A stretch of 64,000 nucleotides of DNA, taken from positions 10,788,001-10,852,000 of the forward strand of contig OZ024741.1 of assembly GCA_964016885.1 (NCBI GenBank). Reading direction: 5' to 3'. The translations under genes and the position numbers were made by a program. Under the pieces are notes generated by a model that had not been told where the DNA came from, made no database searches, and saw only the letters and a program-made list of their open reading frames with translations. This document shows positions 40,601-58,600 of the stretch, piece by piece (position 1 is the first letter of the stretch; each line of letters starts with the position of its first letter). The stretch is from Eledone cirrhosa (lineage: Eukaryota).

Positions 40601-43600
40601 TACTGTAGATATATTGTACTTTATACTGTTTACTGTAGATATATTGTACTTTATACTGTTTACTGTAGATATATTGTAGTTTACACTGTTTACTGTAGAT
40701 ATATTGTAGTTACACTGTTCACTGTAGATATATTGTACTTTACACTGTTTACCGTAGATACATTGTACTTTACACGGTTTACTGAACATATATTGTACGT
40801 TACACTGTTTATAGTAGATATATTGTACTTTACACTATTTACTGTAGATATATTCTACTTTACACTGTTCACTCTAAATATATTGTATTTTATACTGTTT
40901 ACTGTAGATATATTGTACTTTATACTGTTTACTGTAGATATATTGTACTTTATACTGTTTACTGTAGATATATTGTACTTTATACTATTTACTGTAGACA
41001 TATTGTACTTTATACTGTTTACTGTAGATATATTGTACTTTACACTGTTTACTGTAGATATATTGTACTTTACACTGTTTACTGTAGATATATTGTACTT
41101 TATACTGTTTACAGTAGATATATTGTACTTTACACTGTTTACTGTAGATATATTATACTTTACACTGTTTACTGTAGATATATTATACTTTACACTGTTT
41201 ACTGTAGATATATTGTACTTTATACTGTTTACTGTAGACATATTGTACTTTACACTGTTTGCTGTAGATATATTGTAATTTACACTGTTTACTGTAGATA
41301 TATTGTACTTTATATTGTTTACTGTAGACATATTTTACTTTATACTGTTTACTGTAGAAATATTGTACTTTACACTGTTTACTGTAGATATATTGTACTT
41401 TATACTGTTTACTGTAGACATATTGTACTTTACACTGTTTACTGGAGATACATTGTAGTTTACACTGTTTACTGTAGATATATTGTGCTTTGTACTGTTT
41501 ACTGTAGACATATTGTACTTTACACTGTAGATATATTGTACGTTACATTGTTCACTGTAGATGTATTGTACTTTATACTGTCACTGTAGGTATATTGTAC
41601 TTTACACTGTTTACTGTAGATATATTGTACTTTACACTGTTTGCTGTAGATATTTTGTACTTTGCACTGTTTACTGTAGATATATCGTATGTTATACTGT
41701 TTACTGTAGATATATTTACTTTATAGTGTTTACTGTAGATATATTGTACTTTATACTGTTTACTGTAGATATATTGTACTTTACACAGTTTACTGTAGAT
41801 ATATTGTACGTTACACTGTTCACTGTAGATATATTGTACTTTAATCTGTTTACAGTAGATACATTGTACTTTACACGGTTTACTGTACATATATTGTACT
41901 TTACACTGTTTATAGTAGATATATTGTACTTTACACTATTTACTGTAGACATATCCTACTTTACACTGTTCACTGTAGATATATTGTACTTTACACTGTT
42001 TACAGTAGATATTTTGTACTTTACACTGTTTACTGTAGATATATTGTATTTTATACTGTTTACTGTAGATATATTGTACTTTATACTGTTTACTGTAGAT
42101 ATATTGTACTTTATACTGTTTTCTGTAGACATATTGTACTTTATACTGTTTACTGTAGATATATTGTACCTTTCACTGTTTACTGTAGATATATTGTACT
42201 TTACACTGTTTACTGTAGATATATTGTACTTTACACTGTTTACTGTAGATATATTGTCCTTTATACTGTTTACTGTAGATATATTGTACTTTACACTGTT
42301 TACTGTAGATATATTGTACTCTATAATGTTTACTGTAGACATATTGTACTTTATACTGTTTACTGTAGATATATTGTACTTTATACTGTAGATATATTGT
42401 ACGTTACATTGTTCACTGTAGGTATATTGTACGTTACATTGTTCACTGTAGATGTATTGTACTTTATTCTGTCACTGTAGGTGTAATGTACTTTACACTG
42501 TTTACTGTAGATATATTGTACTTTACACTGTTTACTGTAGATATTTTGTACTTTACACTGTTTACTGTAGATATATTGTATGTTATACTGTTTACTGTAG
42601 ACATATTGTACTTTACACTGTTTACTTAAGATATATTGTAGTTTACACTGTTTACTGTAGATATATTGTACTTTGTACTGTTTACTGTAGACATATTGTA
42701 CTTTATACTGTTTACTGTAGATATATTGTACTTTATACTGTTTACTGTAGATATATTATAGTTTACATTGTTCACTGTAGATATATTGTACTTTACACTG
42801 TTTACAGTAGATACATTGTACTTTACACGGTTTACTGTACATATATTGTACTTTAAACTGTTTATAGTAGATATATTGTACTTTACACTATTTACTGTAG
42901 ATATATTCTACTTTACACTGTTCACTGTAGATATATTTTACTTTGAACTGTTTACAGTAGATATATTGTACTTTACACTGTTTACTGTAGATATATTGTA
43001 TTTTATACTGTTTACTGTAGATATTATGTACTTTATACTGTTTACTGTAGATATATTGTACTTTATACTATTTACTGTAGACATATTGTACTTTATACTG
43101 TTTACTATAGATACATTGTACTTTACACTGTTTACTGTAGATATATTGTACTTTATACTGTTTACTGTAGACATATTGTACTTTATACTGTTTACTGTAA
43201 ATATATTGTACTTTACACTGTTTACTGTAGATATATTGTACTTTATACTGTTTACTGTAGACATATTGTACTTTACACTGTTTACTGGAGATACATTGTA
43301 GTTTACACTGTTTACTGTAGATATATTGTACTTTTATACTGTTCACTGTAGATATATTGTACTTTACATTGTTTACTGTAGATATATTATACTTTACACT
43401 GTTTACTGTAGATATATTGTACTTTACACTGTTTACTGTAGATATATTGTACTTTATACTGTTTACTGTAGATATATTGTACTTTATACTGTTTACTGTA
43501 GATATATTGTAGTTTACACTGTTTACTGTAGATATATTGTAGTTACACTGTTCACTGTAGATATATTGTACTTTACACTGTTTACCGTAGATACATTGTA

Positions 43601-46600
43601 CTTTACAAGGTTTACTGAACATATATTGTACTTTACACTGTTTATAGTAGATATATTGTACTTTACACTATTTACTGTAGATATATTCTACTTTGCACTG
43701 TTCACTCTAGATATATTTTTATTATATACTGTTTACTGTAGATATATTGTACTTTATACTGTTTACTGTAGATATATTGTACTTTATACTGTTTACTGTA
43801 GATATATTGTATTTTATACTGTTTACTGTAGACATATTGTACTTTATACTGTTTACTGTAGATATATTGTACTTTACACTGTTTACTGTAGATATATTGT
43901 ACTTTACACTGTTTACTGTAGATATATTGTACTTTATACTGTATACAGTAGATATATTGTACTTTACACTGTTTACTGTAGATATATTATACTTTACACT
44001 GTTTACTGTAGATATATTATACTTTACACTGTTTACTGTAGATATATTGTACTTTATACTGTTTACTGTAGACATATTGTACTTTACACTGTTTGCTGTA
44101 GATATATTGTAATTTACACTGTTTACTGTAGATATATTGTACTTTATATTGTTTACTGTAGACATATTGTACTTTATACTGTTTATTGTAGATATATTGT
44201 ACTTTACACTGTTTACTGTAGATATATTGTACTTTATACTGTTTACTGTAGACATATTGTACTTTACACTGTTTACTGGAGATACATTGTAGTTTACACT
44301 GTTTACTGTAGATATATTGTGCTTTGTACTGTTTACTGTAGACATATTGTACTTTACACTGTAGATATATTGTACGTTACATTGTTCACTGTAGATGTAT
44401 TGTACTTTATACTGTCACTGTAGGTATATTGTACTTTACACTGTTTACTGTAGATATATTGTACTTTACACTGTTTACTGTAGATATTTTGTACTTTGCA
44501 CTGTTTACTGTAAATATATCGTATGTTATACTGTTTACTGTAGATATATTTACTTTATAGTGTTTACCGTAGATACATTGTACTTTACACGGTTTACTGA
44601 ACATATATTGTACTTTACACTGTTTATAGTAGATATATTGTACTTTACAGTATTTACTGTAGATATATTCTACTTTACACTGTTCACTCTAGATATATTG
44701 TATTTTATACTGTTTACTGTAGATATATTGTACTTTATACTGTTTACTGTAGATATATTGTACTTTATACTGTTTACTGTAGATATATTGTACTTTATAC
44801 TGTTTACTGTAGACATATTGTACTTTATACTGTTTACTGTAGATATATTGTACTTTACACTGTTTACTGTAGATATATTGTACTTTACACTGTTTACTGT
44901 AGATATATTGTACTTTATACTGTTTACAGTAGATATATTGTACTTTACACTGTTTACTGTAGATATATTGTACTTTATACTGTTCACTGTAGATATATTG
45001 TACTTTACACTGTAGATATATTGTAATTTACTGTAGATATATTGTACTTTACACTGTTTACTGTAGATATATTGTACTTTTATACTGTTTATTGTAGATA
45101 TATTGTACTTTACACTGTTTATTGTAGATATATTGTAATTTACACTGTTTACTGTAGATATATTGTACTTTTATACTGTTCACTGTAGATATATTGTACT
45201 TTACATTGTTTACTGTAGATATATTATACTTTACACTGTTTACTGTAGATATATTGTACTTTACACTGTTTACTGTAGATATATTGTACTTTATACTGTT
45301 TACTGTAGATATATTGTACTTTATACTGTTTACTGTAGATATATTGTAGTTTACACTGTTTACTGTAGATATATTGTAGTTACACTGTTCACTGTAGATA
45401 TATTGTACTTTACACTGTTTACCGTAGATACATTGTACTTTACACGGTTTACTGAACATATATTGTACTTTATACTGTTTACTGTAGATATATTGTACTT
45501 TACACAGTTTACTGTAGATATATTGTACGTTACACTGTTCACTGTAGATATATTGTACTTTAATCTGTTTACAGTAGATACATTGTACTTTACACGGTTT
45601 ACTGTACATATATTGTACTTTACACTGTTTATAGTAGATATATTGTACTTTACACTATTTACTGTAGACATATCCTACTTTACACTGTTCACTGTAGATA
45701 TATTGTACTTTACACTGTTTACAGTAGATATTTTGTACTTTACACTGTTTACTGTAGATATATTGTATTTTATACTGTTTACTGTAGATATATTGTACTT
45801 TATACTGTTTACTGTAGATATATTGTACTTTATACTGTTTTCTGTAGACATATTGTACTTTATACTGTTTACTGTAGATATATTGTACCTTACACTGTTT
45901 ACTGTAGATATATTGTACTTTACACTGTTTACTGTAGATATATTGTACTTTACACTGTTTTCTGTAGATATATTATATTTTACACTGCTTACTGTAGATA
46001 TATTGTACTTTATGCTGTTTACTGTAGACATATTGTAGTTTACACTGTTTACTGTAGATATATTGTAGTTTACACTGTTTACTGTAGATATATTGTCCTT
46101 TATACTGTTTACTGTAGATATATTGTACTTTACACTGTTTACTGTAGATATATTGTACTCTATACTGTTTACTGTAGACATATTGTACTTTATACTGTTT
46201 ACTGTAGATATATTGTACTTTATACTGTAGATATATTGTACGTTACATTGTTCACTGTAGGTATATTGTACGTTACATTGTTCACTGTAGATGTATTGTA
46301 CTTTATTCTGTCACTGTAGGTGTAATGTACTTTACACTGTTTACTGTAGATATATTGTACTTTACACTGTTTACTGTAGATATTTTGTACTTTACACTGT
46401 TTACTGTAGATATATTGTATGTTATACTGTTTACTGTAGACATATTGTACTTTACACTGTTTACTTAAGATATATTGTAGTTTACACTGTTTACTGTAGA
46501 TATATTGTCCTTTGTACTGTTTACTGTAGACATATTGTACTTTATACTGTTTACTGTAGATATATTGTACTTTATACTCTTTACTGTAGATATATTATAG

Positions 46601-49600
46601 ATTACATTGTTCACTGTAGATATATTGTACTTTACACTGTTTACAGTAGATACATTGTACTTTACACGGTTTACTGTACATATATTGTACTTTAAACTGT
46701 TTATAGTAGATATATTGTACTTTACACTATTTACTGTAGATATATTCTACTTTACACTGTTCACTGTAGATATATTTTACTTTGAACTGTTTACAGTAGA
46801 TATATTGTACTTTACACTGTTTACTGTAGATATATTGTATTTTATACTGTTTACTGTAGATATTATGTACTTTATACTGTTTACTGTAGATATATTGTAC
46901 TTTATACTATTTACTGTAGACATATTGTACTTTATACTGTTTACTGTAGATATATTGTTCTTTACACTGTTTACTGTAGATATATTGTACTTTATACTGT
47001 TTACAGTAGATATATTGTACTTTACACTGTTTACTGTAGATATATTATACTTTACACTGTTTACTGTAGATATATTGGACTCTACACTGTTTACAGTAGA
47101 TATATTATACTTTACACTGTTTACTGTAGACATATTGTACTTTATAGCGTTTACTGTAGACATATTGTACTTTACACTGTTTACTGTAGATATATTGTAG
47201 TTTACACTGTTTACTGTAGATATATTATAGTTTACACTGTTTACTGTAGATATATTGTACTTTATATTGTTTACTGTAGACATATTGTACTTTATACTGT
47301 TTACTATAGATACATTGTACTTTACACTGTTTACTGTAGATATATTGTACTTTATACTGTTTACTGTAGACATATTGTACTTTATACTGTTTACTGTAAA
47401 TATATTGTACTTTACACTGTTTACTGTAGATATATTGTACTTTATACTGTTTACTGTAGACATATTGTACTTTACACTGTTTACTGGAGATACATTGTAG
47501 TTTACACTGTTTACTGTAGATATATTGTACTTTTATACTGTTCACTGTAGATATATTGTACTTTACATTGTTTACTGTAGATATATTATACTTTACACTG
47601 TTTACTGTAGATATATTGTACTTTACACTGTTTACTGTAGATATATTGTACTTTATACTGTTTACTGTAGATATATTCTACTTTATACTGTTTACTGTAG
47701 ATATATTGTAGTTTACACTGTTTACTGTAGATATATTGTAGTTACACTGTTCACTGTAGATATATTGTACTTTACACTGTTTACCGTAGATACATTGTAC
47801 TTTACAAGGTTTACTGAACATATATTGTACTTTACACTGTTTATAGTAGATATATTGTACTTTACACTATTTACTGTAGATATATTCTACTTTGCACTGT
47901 TCACTCTAGATATATTTTTATTATATACTGTTTACTGTAGATATATTGTACTTTATACTGTTTACTGTAGATATATTGTACTTTATACTGTTTACTGTAG
48001 ATATATTGTACTTTATACTGTTTACTGTAGACATATTGTACTTTATACTGTTTACTGTAGATATATTGTACTTTACACTGTTTACTGTAGATATATTGTA
48101 CTTTACACTGTTTACTGTAGATATATTGTACTTTATACTGTTTACAGTAGATATATTGTACTTTACACTGTTTACTGTAGATATATTATACTTTACACTG
48201 TTTACTGTAGATATATTATACTTTACACTGTTTACTGTAGATATATTGTACTTTATACTGTTTACTGTAGACATATTGTACTTTACACTGTTTGCTGTAG
48301 ATATATTGTAATTTACACTGTTTACTGTAGATATATTGTACTTTATATTGTTTACTGTAGACATATTGTACTTTATACTGTTTATTGTAGATATATTGTA
48401 CTTTACACTGTTTACTGTAGATATATTGTACTTTATACTGTTTACTGTAGACATATTGTACTTTACACTGTTTACTGGAGATACATTGTAGTTTACACTG
48501 TTTACTGTCGATATAATGTGCTTTGTACTGTTTACTGTAGACATATTGTACTTTACACTGTAGATATATTGTACGTTACATTGTTCACTGTAGATGTATT
48601 GTACTTTATACTGTCACTGTAGGTATATTGTACTTTACACTGTTTACTGTAGATATATTGAACTTTACACTGTTTACTGTAGATATTTTGTACTTTGCAC
48701 TGTTTACTGTAAATATATCGTATGTTATACTGTTTACTGCAGATATATTTACTTTATAGTGTTTACCGTAGATACATTGTACTTTACACGGTTTACTGAA
48801 CATATATTGTACTTTACACTGTTTATAGTAGATATATTGTACTTTACACTATTTACTGTAGATATATTCTACTTTACACTGTTCACTCTAGATATATTGT
48901 ATTTTATACTGTTTACTGTAGATATATTGTACTTTATACTGTTTACTGTAGATATATTGTACTTTATACTGTTTACTGTAGATATATTGTACTTTATACT
49001 GTTTACTGTAGACATATTGTACTTTATACTGTTTACTGTAGATATATTGTACTTTACACTGTTTACTGTAGATATATTGTACTTTACACTGTTTACTGTA
49101 GATATATTGTACTTTATACTGTTTACAGTAGATATATTGTACTTTACACTGTTTACTGTAGATATATTGTACTTTATACTGTTCACTGTAGATATATTGT
49201 ACTTTACACTGTAGATATATTGTAATTTACTGTAGATATATTGTACTTTACACTGTTTACTGTAGATATATTGTACTTTTATACTGTTTATTGTAGATAT
49301 ATTGTACTTTACACTGTTTATTGTAGATATATTGTAATTTACACTGTTTACTGTAGATATATTGTACTTTTATACTGTTCACTGTAGATATATTGTACTT
49401 TACATTGTTTACTGTAGATATATTATACTTTACACTGTTTACTGTAGATATATTGTACTTTACACTGTTTACTGTAGATATATTGTACTTTATACTGTTT
49501 ACTGTAGATATATTGTACTTTATACTGTTTACTGTAGATATATTGTAGTTTACACTGTTTACTGTAGATATATTGTAGTTACACTGTTCACTGTAGATAT

Positions 49601-52600
49601 ATTGTACTTTACACTGTTTACCGTAGATACATTGTACTTTACACGGTTTACTGAACATATATTGTACTTTACACTGTTTATAGTAGATATATTGTACTTT
49701 ACACTATTTACTGTAGATATATTCTACTTTACACTGTTCACTCTAGATATATTGTATTTTATACTGTTTACTGTAGATATATTGTACTTTATACTGTTTA
49801 CTGTACATATATTGTACTTTATACTGTTTACTGTAGATATATTGTACTTTATACTATTTACTGTAGACATATTGTACTTTATACTGTTTACTGTAGATAT
49901 ATTGTACTTTACACTGTTTACTGTAGATATATTGTACTTTACACTGTTTCCTGTAGATATATTGTACTTTATACTGTTTACAGTAGATATATTGTACTTT
50001 ACACTGTTTACTGTAGATATATTATACTTTACACTGTTTACTGTAGATATATTATACTTTACACTGTTTACTGTAGATATATTGTACTTTATACTGTTTA
50101 CTGCAGACATATTGTACTTTACACTGTTTGCTGTAGATATATTGTAATTTACACTGTTTACTGTAGATATATTGTACTTTATATTGTTTACTGTAGACAT
50201 ATTGTACTTTATACTGTTTACTGTAGATATATTGTACTTTACACTGTTTACTGTAGATATATTGTACTTTATACTGTTTACTGTAGACATATTGTACTTT
50301 ACACTGTTTACTGAAGATACATTGTAGTTTACACTGTTTACTGTAGATATATTGTGCTTTGTACTGTTTACTGTAGACATATTGTACTTTACACTGTAGA
50401 TATATTGTACGTTACATTGTTCACTGTAGATGTATTGTACTTTATACTGTCACTGTAGGTATATTGTACTTTACACTGTTTACTGTAGATGTATTGTACT
50501 TTACACTGTTTACTGTAGATATTTTGTACTTTGCACTGTTTACTGTAGATATATCGTATGTTATACTGTTTACTGTAGATATATTTACTTTATAGTGTTT
50601 ACTGTAGATATATTGTACTTTATACTGTTTACTGTAGATATATTGTACTTTACACAGTTTACTGTAGATATATTGTGCGTTACACTGTTCACTGTAGATA
50701 TATTGTACTTTAATCTGTTTACAGTAGATACATCGTACTTTACACGGTTTACTGTACATATATTGTACTTTACACTGTTTATAGTAGATATATTGTACTT
50801 TACACTATTTACTGTAGATATATTCTACTTTACACTGTTCACTGTAGATATATTGTACTTTACACTGTTTACAGTAGATATTTTGTACTTTACACTGTTT
50901 ACTGTAGATATATTGTATTTTATACTGTTTACTGTAGATATATTGTACTTTATACTTCTTACTGTAGAAATATTGTACTTTACACTGTTTACCGTAGATA
51001 CATTGTACTTTACACGGTTTACTGAACATATATTGTACTTTACACTGTTTATAGTAGATATATTGTACTTTACACTATTTACTGTAGATATATTCTACTT
51101 TACACTGTTCACTCTAAATATATTGTATTTTATACTGTTTACTGTAGATATATTGTACTTTATACTGTTTACTGTAGATATATTGTACTTTATACTGTTT
51201 ACTGTAGATATATTGTACTTTATACTATTTACTGTAGACATATTGTACTTTATACTGTTTACTGTAGATATATTGTACTTTACACTGTTTACTGTAGATA
51301 TATTGTACTTTACACTGTTTACTGTAGATATATTGTACTTTATACTGTTTACAGTAGATATATTGTACTTTACACTGTTTACTGTAGATATATTATACTT
51401 TACACTGTTTACTGTAGATATATTATACTTTACACTGTTTACTGTAGATATATTGTACTTTATACTGTTTACTGTAGACATATTGTACTTTACACTGTTT
51501 GCTGTAGATATATTGTAATTTACACTGTTTACTGTAGATATATTGTACTTTATATTGTTTACTGTAGACATATTTTACTTTATACTGTTTACTGTAGATA
51601 TATTGTACTTTACACTGTTTACTGTAGATATATTGTACTTTATACTGTTTACTGTAGACATATTGTACTTTACACTGTTTACTGGAGATACATTGTAGTT
51701 TACACTGTTTACTGTAGATATATTGTGCTTTGTACTGTTTACTGTAGACATATTGTACTTTACACTGTAGATATATTGTACGTTACATTGTTCACTGTAG
51801 ATGTATTGTACTTTATACTGTCACTGTAGGTATATTGTACTTTACACTGTTTACTGTAGATATATTGTACTTTACACTGTTTACTGTAGGTATTTTGTAC
51901 TTTGCACTGTTTACTGTAGATATATCGTATGTTATACTGTTTACTGTAGATATATTTACTTTATAGTGTTTACTGTAGATATATTGTACTTTATACTGTT
52001 TACTGTAGATATATTGTACTTTACACAGTTTACTGTAGATATATTGTACGTTACACTGTTCACTGTAGATATATTGTACTTTAATCTGTTTACAGTAGAT
52101 ACATTGTACTTTACACGGTTTACTGTACATATATTGTACTTTACACTGTTTATAGTAGATATATTGTACTTTACACTATTTACTGTAGACATATCCTACT
52201 TTACACTGTTCACTGTAGATATATTGTACTTTACACTGTTTACAGTAGATATTTTGTACTTTACACTGTTTACTGTAGATATATTGTATTTTATACTGTT
52301 TACTGTAGATATATTGTACTTTATACTGTTTACTGTAGATATATTGTACTTTATACTGTTTTCTGTAGACATATTGTACTTTATACTGTTTACTGTAGAT
52401 ATATTGTACCTTACACTGTTTACTGTAGATATATTGTACTTTACACTGTTTACTGTAGATATATTGTACTTTACACTGTTTTCTGTAGATATATTATATT
52501 TTACACTGCTTACTGTAGATATATTGTACTTTATGCTGTTTACTGTAGACATATTGTACTTTACACTGTTTACTGTAGATATATTGTAGTTTACACTGTT

Positions 52601-55600
52601 TACTGTAGATATATTGTCCTTTATACTGTTTACTGTAGATATATTGTACTTTACACTGTTTACTGTAGATATATTGTACTTTACACTGTTTACTGTAGAC
52701 ATATTGTACTTTATACTGTTTACTGTAGATATATTGTACTTTATACTGTAGATATATTGTACGTTACATTGTTCACTGTAGGTATATTGTACGTTACATT
52801 GTTCACTGTAGATGTATTGTACTTTATTCTGTCACTGTAGGTGTAATGTACTTTACACTGTTTACTGTAGATATATTGTACTTTACACTGTTTACTGTAG
52901 ATATTTTGTACTTTACACTGTTTACTGTAGATATATTGTATGTTATACTGTTTACTGTAGACATATTGTACTTTACACTGTTTACTTAAGATATATTGTA
53001 GTTTACACTGTTTACTGTAGATATATTGTACTTTGTACTGTTTACTGTAGACATATTGTATTTTATACTGTTTACTGTAGATATATTGTACTTTATACTG
53101 TTTACTGTAGATATATTATAGTTTACATTGTTCACTGTAGATATATTGTACTTTACACTGTTTACTGTAGATATATTGTATTTTATACTGTTTACTGTAG
53201 ATATATTGTACTTTATACTTCTTACTATAGATATATTGTACTTTACACTGTTTACCGTAGATACATTGTACTTTACACGGTTTACTGAACATATATTGTA
53301 CTTTACACTGTTTATAGTAGATATATTGTACTTTACACTATTTACTGTAGATATATTCTACTTTACACTGTTCACTCTAAATATATTGTATTTTATACTG
53401 TTTACTGTAGATATATTGTACTTTATACTGTTTACTGTAGATATATTGTACTTTATACTGTTTACTGTAGATATATTGTACTTTATACTATTTACTGTAG
53501 ACATATTGTACTTTATACTGTTTACTGTAGATATATTGTACTTTACACTGTTTACTGTAGATATATTGTACTTTACACTGTTTACTGTAGATATATTGTA
53601 CTTTATACTGTTTACAGTAGATATATTGTACTTTACACTGTTTACTGTAGATATATTATACTTTACACTGTTTACTGTAGATATATTATACTTTACACTG
53701 TTTACTGTAGATATATTGTACTTTATACTGTTTACTGTAGACATATTGTACTTTACACTGTTTGCTGTAGATATATTGTAATTTACACTGTTTACTGTAG
53801 ATATATTGTACTTTATATTGTTTACTGTAGACATATTTTACTTTATACTGTTTACTGTAGATATATTGTACTTTACACTGTTTACTGTAGATATATTGTA
53901 CTTTATACTGTTTACTGTAGACATATTGTACTTTACACTGTTTACTGGAGATACATTGTAGTTTACACTGTTTACTGTAGATATATTGTGCTTTGTACTG
54001 TTTACTGTAGACATATTGTACTTTACACTGTAGATATATTGTACGTTACATTGTTCACTGTAGATGTATTGTACTTTATACTGTCACTGTAGGTATATTG
54101 TACTTTACACTGTTTACTGTAGATATATTGTACTTTACACTGTTTACTGTAGGTATTTTGTACTTTGCACTGTTTACTGTAGATATATCGTATGTTATAC
54201 TGTTTACTGTAGATATATTTACTTTATAGTGTTTACTGTAGATATATTGTACTTTATACTGTTTACTGTAGATATATTGTACTTTACACAGTTTACTGTA
54301 GATATATTGTACGTTACACTGTTCACTGTAGATATATTGTACTTTAATCTGTTTACAGTAGATACATTGTACTTTACACGGTTTACTGTACATATATTGT
54401 ACTTTACACTGTTTATAGTAGATATATTGTACTTTACACTATTTACTGTAGACATATCCTACTTTACACTGTTCACTGTAGATATATTGTACTTTACACT
54501 GTTTACAGTAGATATTTTGTACTTTACACTGTTTACTGTAGATATATTGTATTTTATACTGTTTACTGTAGATATATTGTACTTTATACTGTTTTCTGTA
54601 GACATATTGTACTTTATACTGTTTACTGTAGATATATTGTACCTTACACTGTTTACTGTAGATATATTGTACTTTACACTGTTTACTGTAGATATATTGT
54701 ACTTTACACTGTTTACTGTAGATATATTGTACTTTATACTGTTTACTGTAGACATATTGTACTTTACACTGTTTACTGGAGATACATTGTAGTTTACACT
54801 GTTTACTGTAGATATATTGTGCTTTGTACTGTTTACTGTAGACATATTGTACTTTACACTGTAGATATATTGTACGTTACATTGTTCACTGTAGATGTAT
54901 TGTACTTTATACTGTCACTGTAGGTATATTGTACTTTACACTGTTTACTGTAGATATATTGTACTTTACACTGTTTACTGTAGGTATTTTGTACTTTGCA
55001 CTGTTTACTGTAGATATATCGTATGTTATACTGTTTACTGTAGATATATTTACTTTATAGTGTTTACTGTAGATATATTGTACTTTATACTGTTTACTGT
55101 AGATATATTGTACTTTACACAGTTTACTGTAGATATATTGTACGTTACACTGTTCACTGTAGATATATTGTACTTTAATCTGTTTACAGTAGATACATTG
55201 TACTTTACACGGTTTACTGTACATATATTGTACTTTACACTGTTTATAGTAGATATATTGTACTTTACACTATTTACTGTAGACATATCCTACTTTACAC
55301 TGTTCACTGTAGATATATTGTACTTTACACTGTTTACAGTAGATATTTTGTACTTTACACTGTTTACTGTAGATATATTGTATTTTATACTGTTTACTGT
55401 AGATATATTGTACTTTATACTGTTTACTGTAGATATATTGTACTTTATACTGTTTTCTGTAGACATATTGTACTTTATACTGTTTACTGTAGATATATTG
55501 TACCTTACACTGTTTACTGTAGATATATTGTACTTTACACTGTTTACTGTAGATATATTGTACTTTACACTGTTTTCTGTAGATATATTATATTTTACAC

Positions 55601-58600
55601 TGCTTACTGTAGATATATTGTACTTTATGCTGTTTACTGTAGACATATTGTACTTTACACTGTTTACTGTAGATATATTGTAGTTTACACTGTTTACTGT
55701 AGATATATTGTCCTTTATACTGTTTACTGTAGATATATTGTACTTTACACTGTTTACTGTAGATATATTGTACTTTACACTGTTTACTGTAGACATATTG
55801 TACTTTATACTGTTTACTGTAGATATATTGTACTTTATACTGTAGATATATTGTACGTTACATTGTTCACTGTAGGTATATTGTACGTTACATTGTTCAC
55901 TGTAGATGTATTGTACTTTATTCTGTCACTGTAGGTGTAATGTACTTTACACTGTTTACTGTAGATATATTGTACTTTACACTGTTTACTGTAGATATTT
56001 TGTACTTTACACTGTTTACTGTAGATATATTGTATGTTATACTGTTTACTGTAGACATATTGTACTTTACACTGTTTACTTAAGATATATTGTAGTTTAC
56101 ACTGTTTACTGTAGATATATTGTACTTTGTACTGTTTACTGTAGACATATTGTATTTTATACTGTTTACTGTAGATATATTGTACTTTATACTGTTTACT
56201 GTAGATATATTATAGTTTACATTGTTCACTGTAGATATATTGTACTTTACACTGTTTACTGTAGATATATTGTATTTTATACTGTTTACTGTAGATATAT
56301 TGTACTTTATACTTCTTACTATAGATATATTGTACTTTACACTGTTTACCGTAGATACATTGTACTTTACACGGTTTACTGAACATATATTGTACTTTAC
56401 ACTGTTTATAGTAGATATATTGTACTTTACACTATTTACTGTAGATATATTCTACTTTACACTGTTCACTCTAAATATATTGTATTTTATACTGTTTACT
56501 GTAGATATATTGTACTTTATACTGTTTACTGTAGATATATTGTACTTTACACTGTTTACTGTAGATATATTGTACTTTATACTGTTTACTGTAGACATAT
56601 TGTACTTTACACTGTTTGCTGTAGATATATTGTAATTTACACTGTTTACTGTAGATATATTGTACTTTATATTGTTTACTGTAGACATATTGTACTTTAT
56701 ACTGTTTATTGTAGATATATTGTACTTTACACTGTTTACTGTAGATATATTGTACTTTATACTGTTTACTGTAGACATATTGTACTTTACACTGTTTACT
56801 GGAGATACATTGTAGTTTACACTGTTTACTGTAGATATATTGTGCTTTGTACTGTTTACTGTAGACATATTGTACTTTACACTGTAGATATATTGTACGT
56901 TACATTGTTCACTGTAGATGTATTGTACTTTATACTGTCACTGTAGGTATATTGTACTTTACACTGTTTACTGTAGATATATTGTACTTTACACTGTTTA
57001 CTGTAGATATTTTGTACTTTGCACTGTTTACTGTAGATATATCGTATGTTATACTGTTTACTGTAGATATATTTACTTTATAGTGTTTACCGTAGATACA
57101 TTGTACTTTACACGGTTTACTGAACATATATTGTACTTTACACTGTTTATAGTAGATATATTGTACTTTACACTATTTACTGTAGATATATTCTACTTTA
57201 CACTGTTCACTCTAGATATATTTTATTTTATACTGTTTACTGTAGATATATTGTACTTTATACTGTTTACTGTAGATATATTGTACTTTATACTGTTTAC
57301 TGTAGATATATTGTACTTTATACTGTTTACTGTAGACATATTGTACTTTATACTGTTTACTGTAGATATATTGTACTTTACACTGTTTACTGTAGATATA
57401 TTGTACTTTACACTGTTTACTGTAGATATATTGTACTTTATACTGTTTACAGTAGATATATTGTACTTTACACTGTTTACTGTAGATATATTGTACTTTA
57501 TACTGTTCACTGTAGATATATTGTACTTTACACTGTAGATATATTGTAATTTACTGTAGATATATTGTACTTTACACTGTTTACTGTAGATATATTGTAC
57601 TTTTATACTGTTTATTGTAGATATATTGTACTTTACACTGTTTATTGTAGATATATTGTAATTTACACTGTTTACTGTAGATATATTGTACTTTTATACT
57701 GTTCACTGTAGATATATTGTACTTTACATTGTTTACTGTAGATATATTATACTTTACACTGTTTACTGTAGATATATTGTACTTTACACTGTTTACTGTA
57801 GATATATTGTACTTTATACTGTTTACTGTAGATATATTGTACTTTATACTGTTTACTGTAGATATATTGTAGTTTACACTGTTTACTGTAGATATATTGT
57901 AGTTACACTGTTCACTGTAGATATATTGTACTTTACACTGTTTACCGTAGATACATTGTACTTTACACGGTTTACTGAACATATATTGTACTTTACACTG
58001 TTTATAGTAGATATATTGTACTTTACACTATTTACTGTAGATATATTCTACTTTACACTGTTCACTGTAGATATATTGTACTTTACACTGTTTACAGTAG
58101 ATATTTTGTACTTTACACTGTTTACTGTAGATATATTGTATTTTATACTGTTTACTGTAGATATATTGTACTTTATACTTCTTACTGTAGAAATATTGTA
58201 CTTTACACTGTTTACCGTAGATACATTGTACTTTACACGGTTTACTGAACATATATTGTACTTTACACTGTTTATAGTAGATATATTGTACTTTACACTA
58301 TTTACTGTAGATATATTCTACTTTACACTGTTCACTCTAAATATATTGTATTTTATACTGTTTACTGTAGATATATTGTACTTTATACTGTTTACTGTAG
58401 ATATATTGTACTTTATACTGTTTACTGTAGATATATTGTACTTTATACTATTTACTGTAGACATATTGTACTTTATACTGTTTACTGTAGATATATTGTA
58501 CTTTACACTGTTTACTGTAGATATATTGTACTTTACACTGTTTACTGTAGATATATTGTACTTTATACTGTTTACAGTAGATATATTGTACTTTACACTG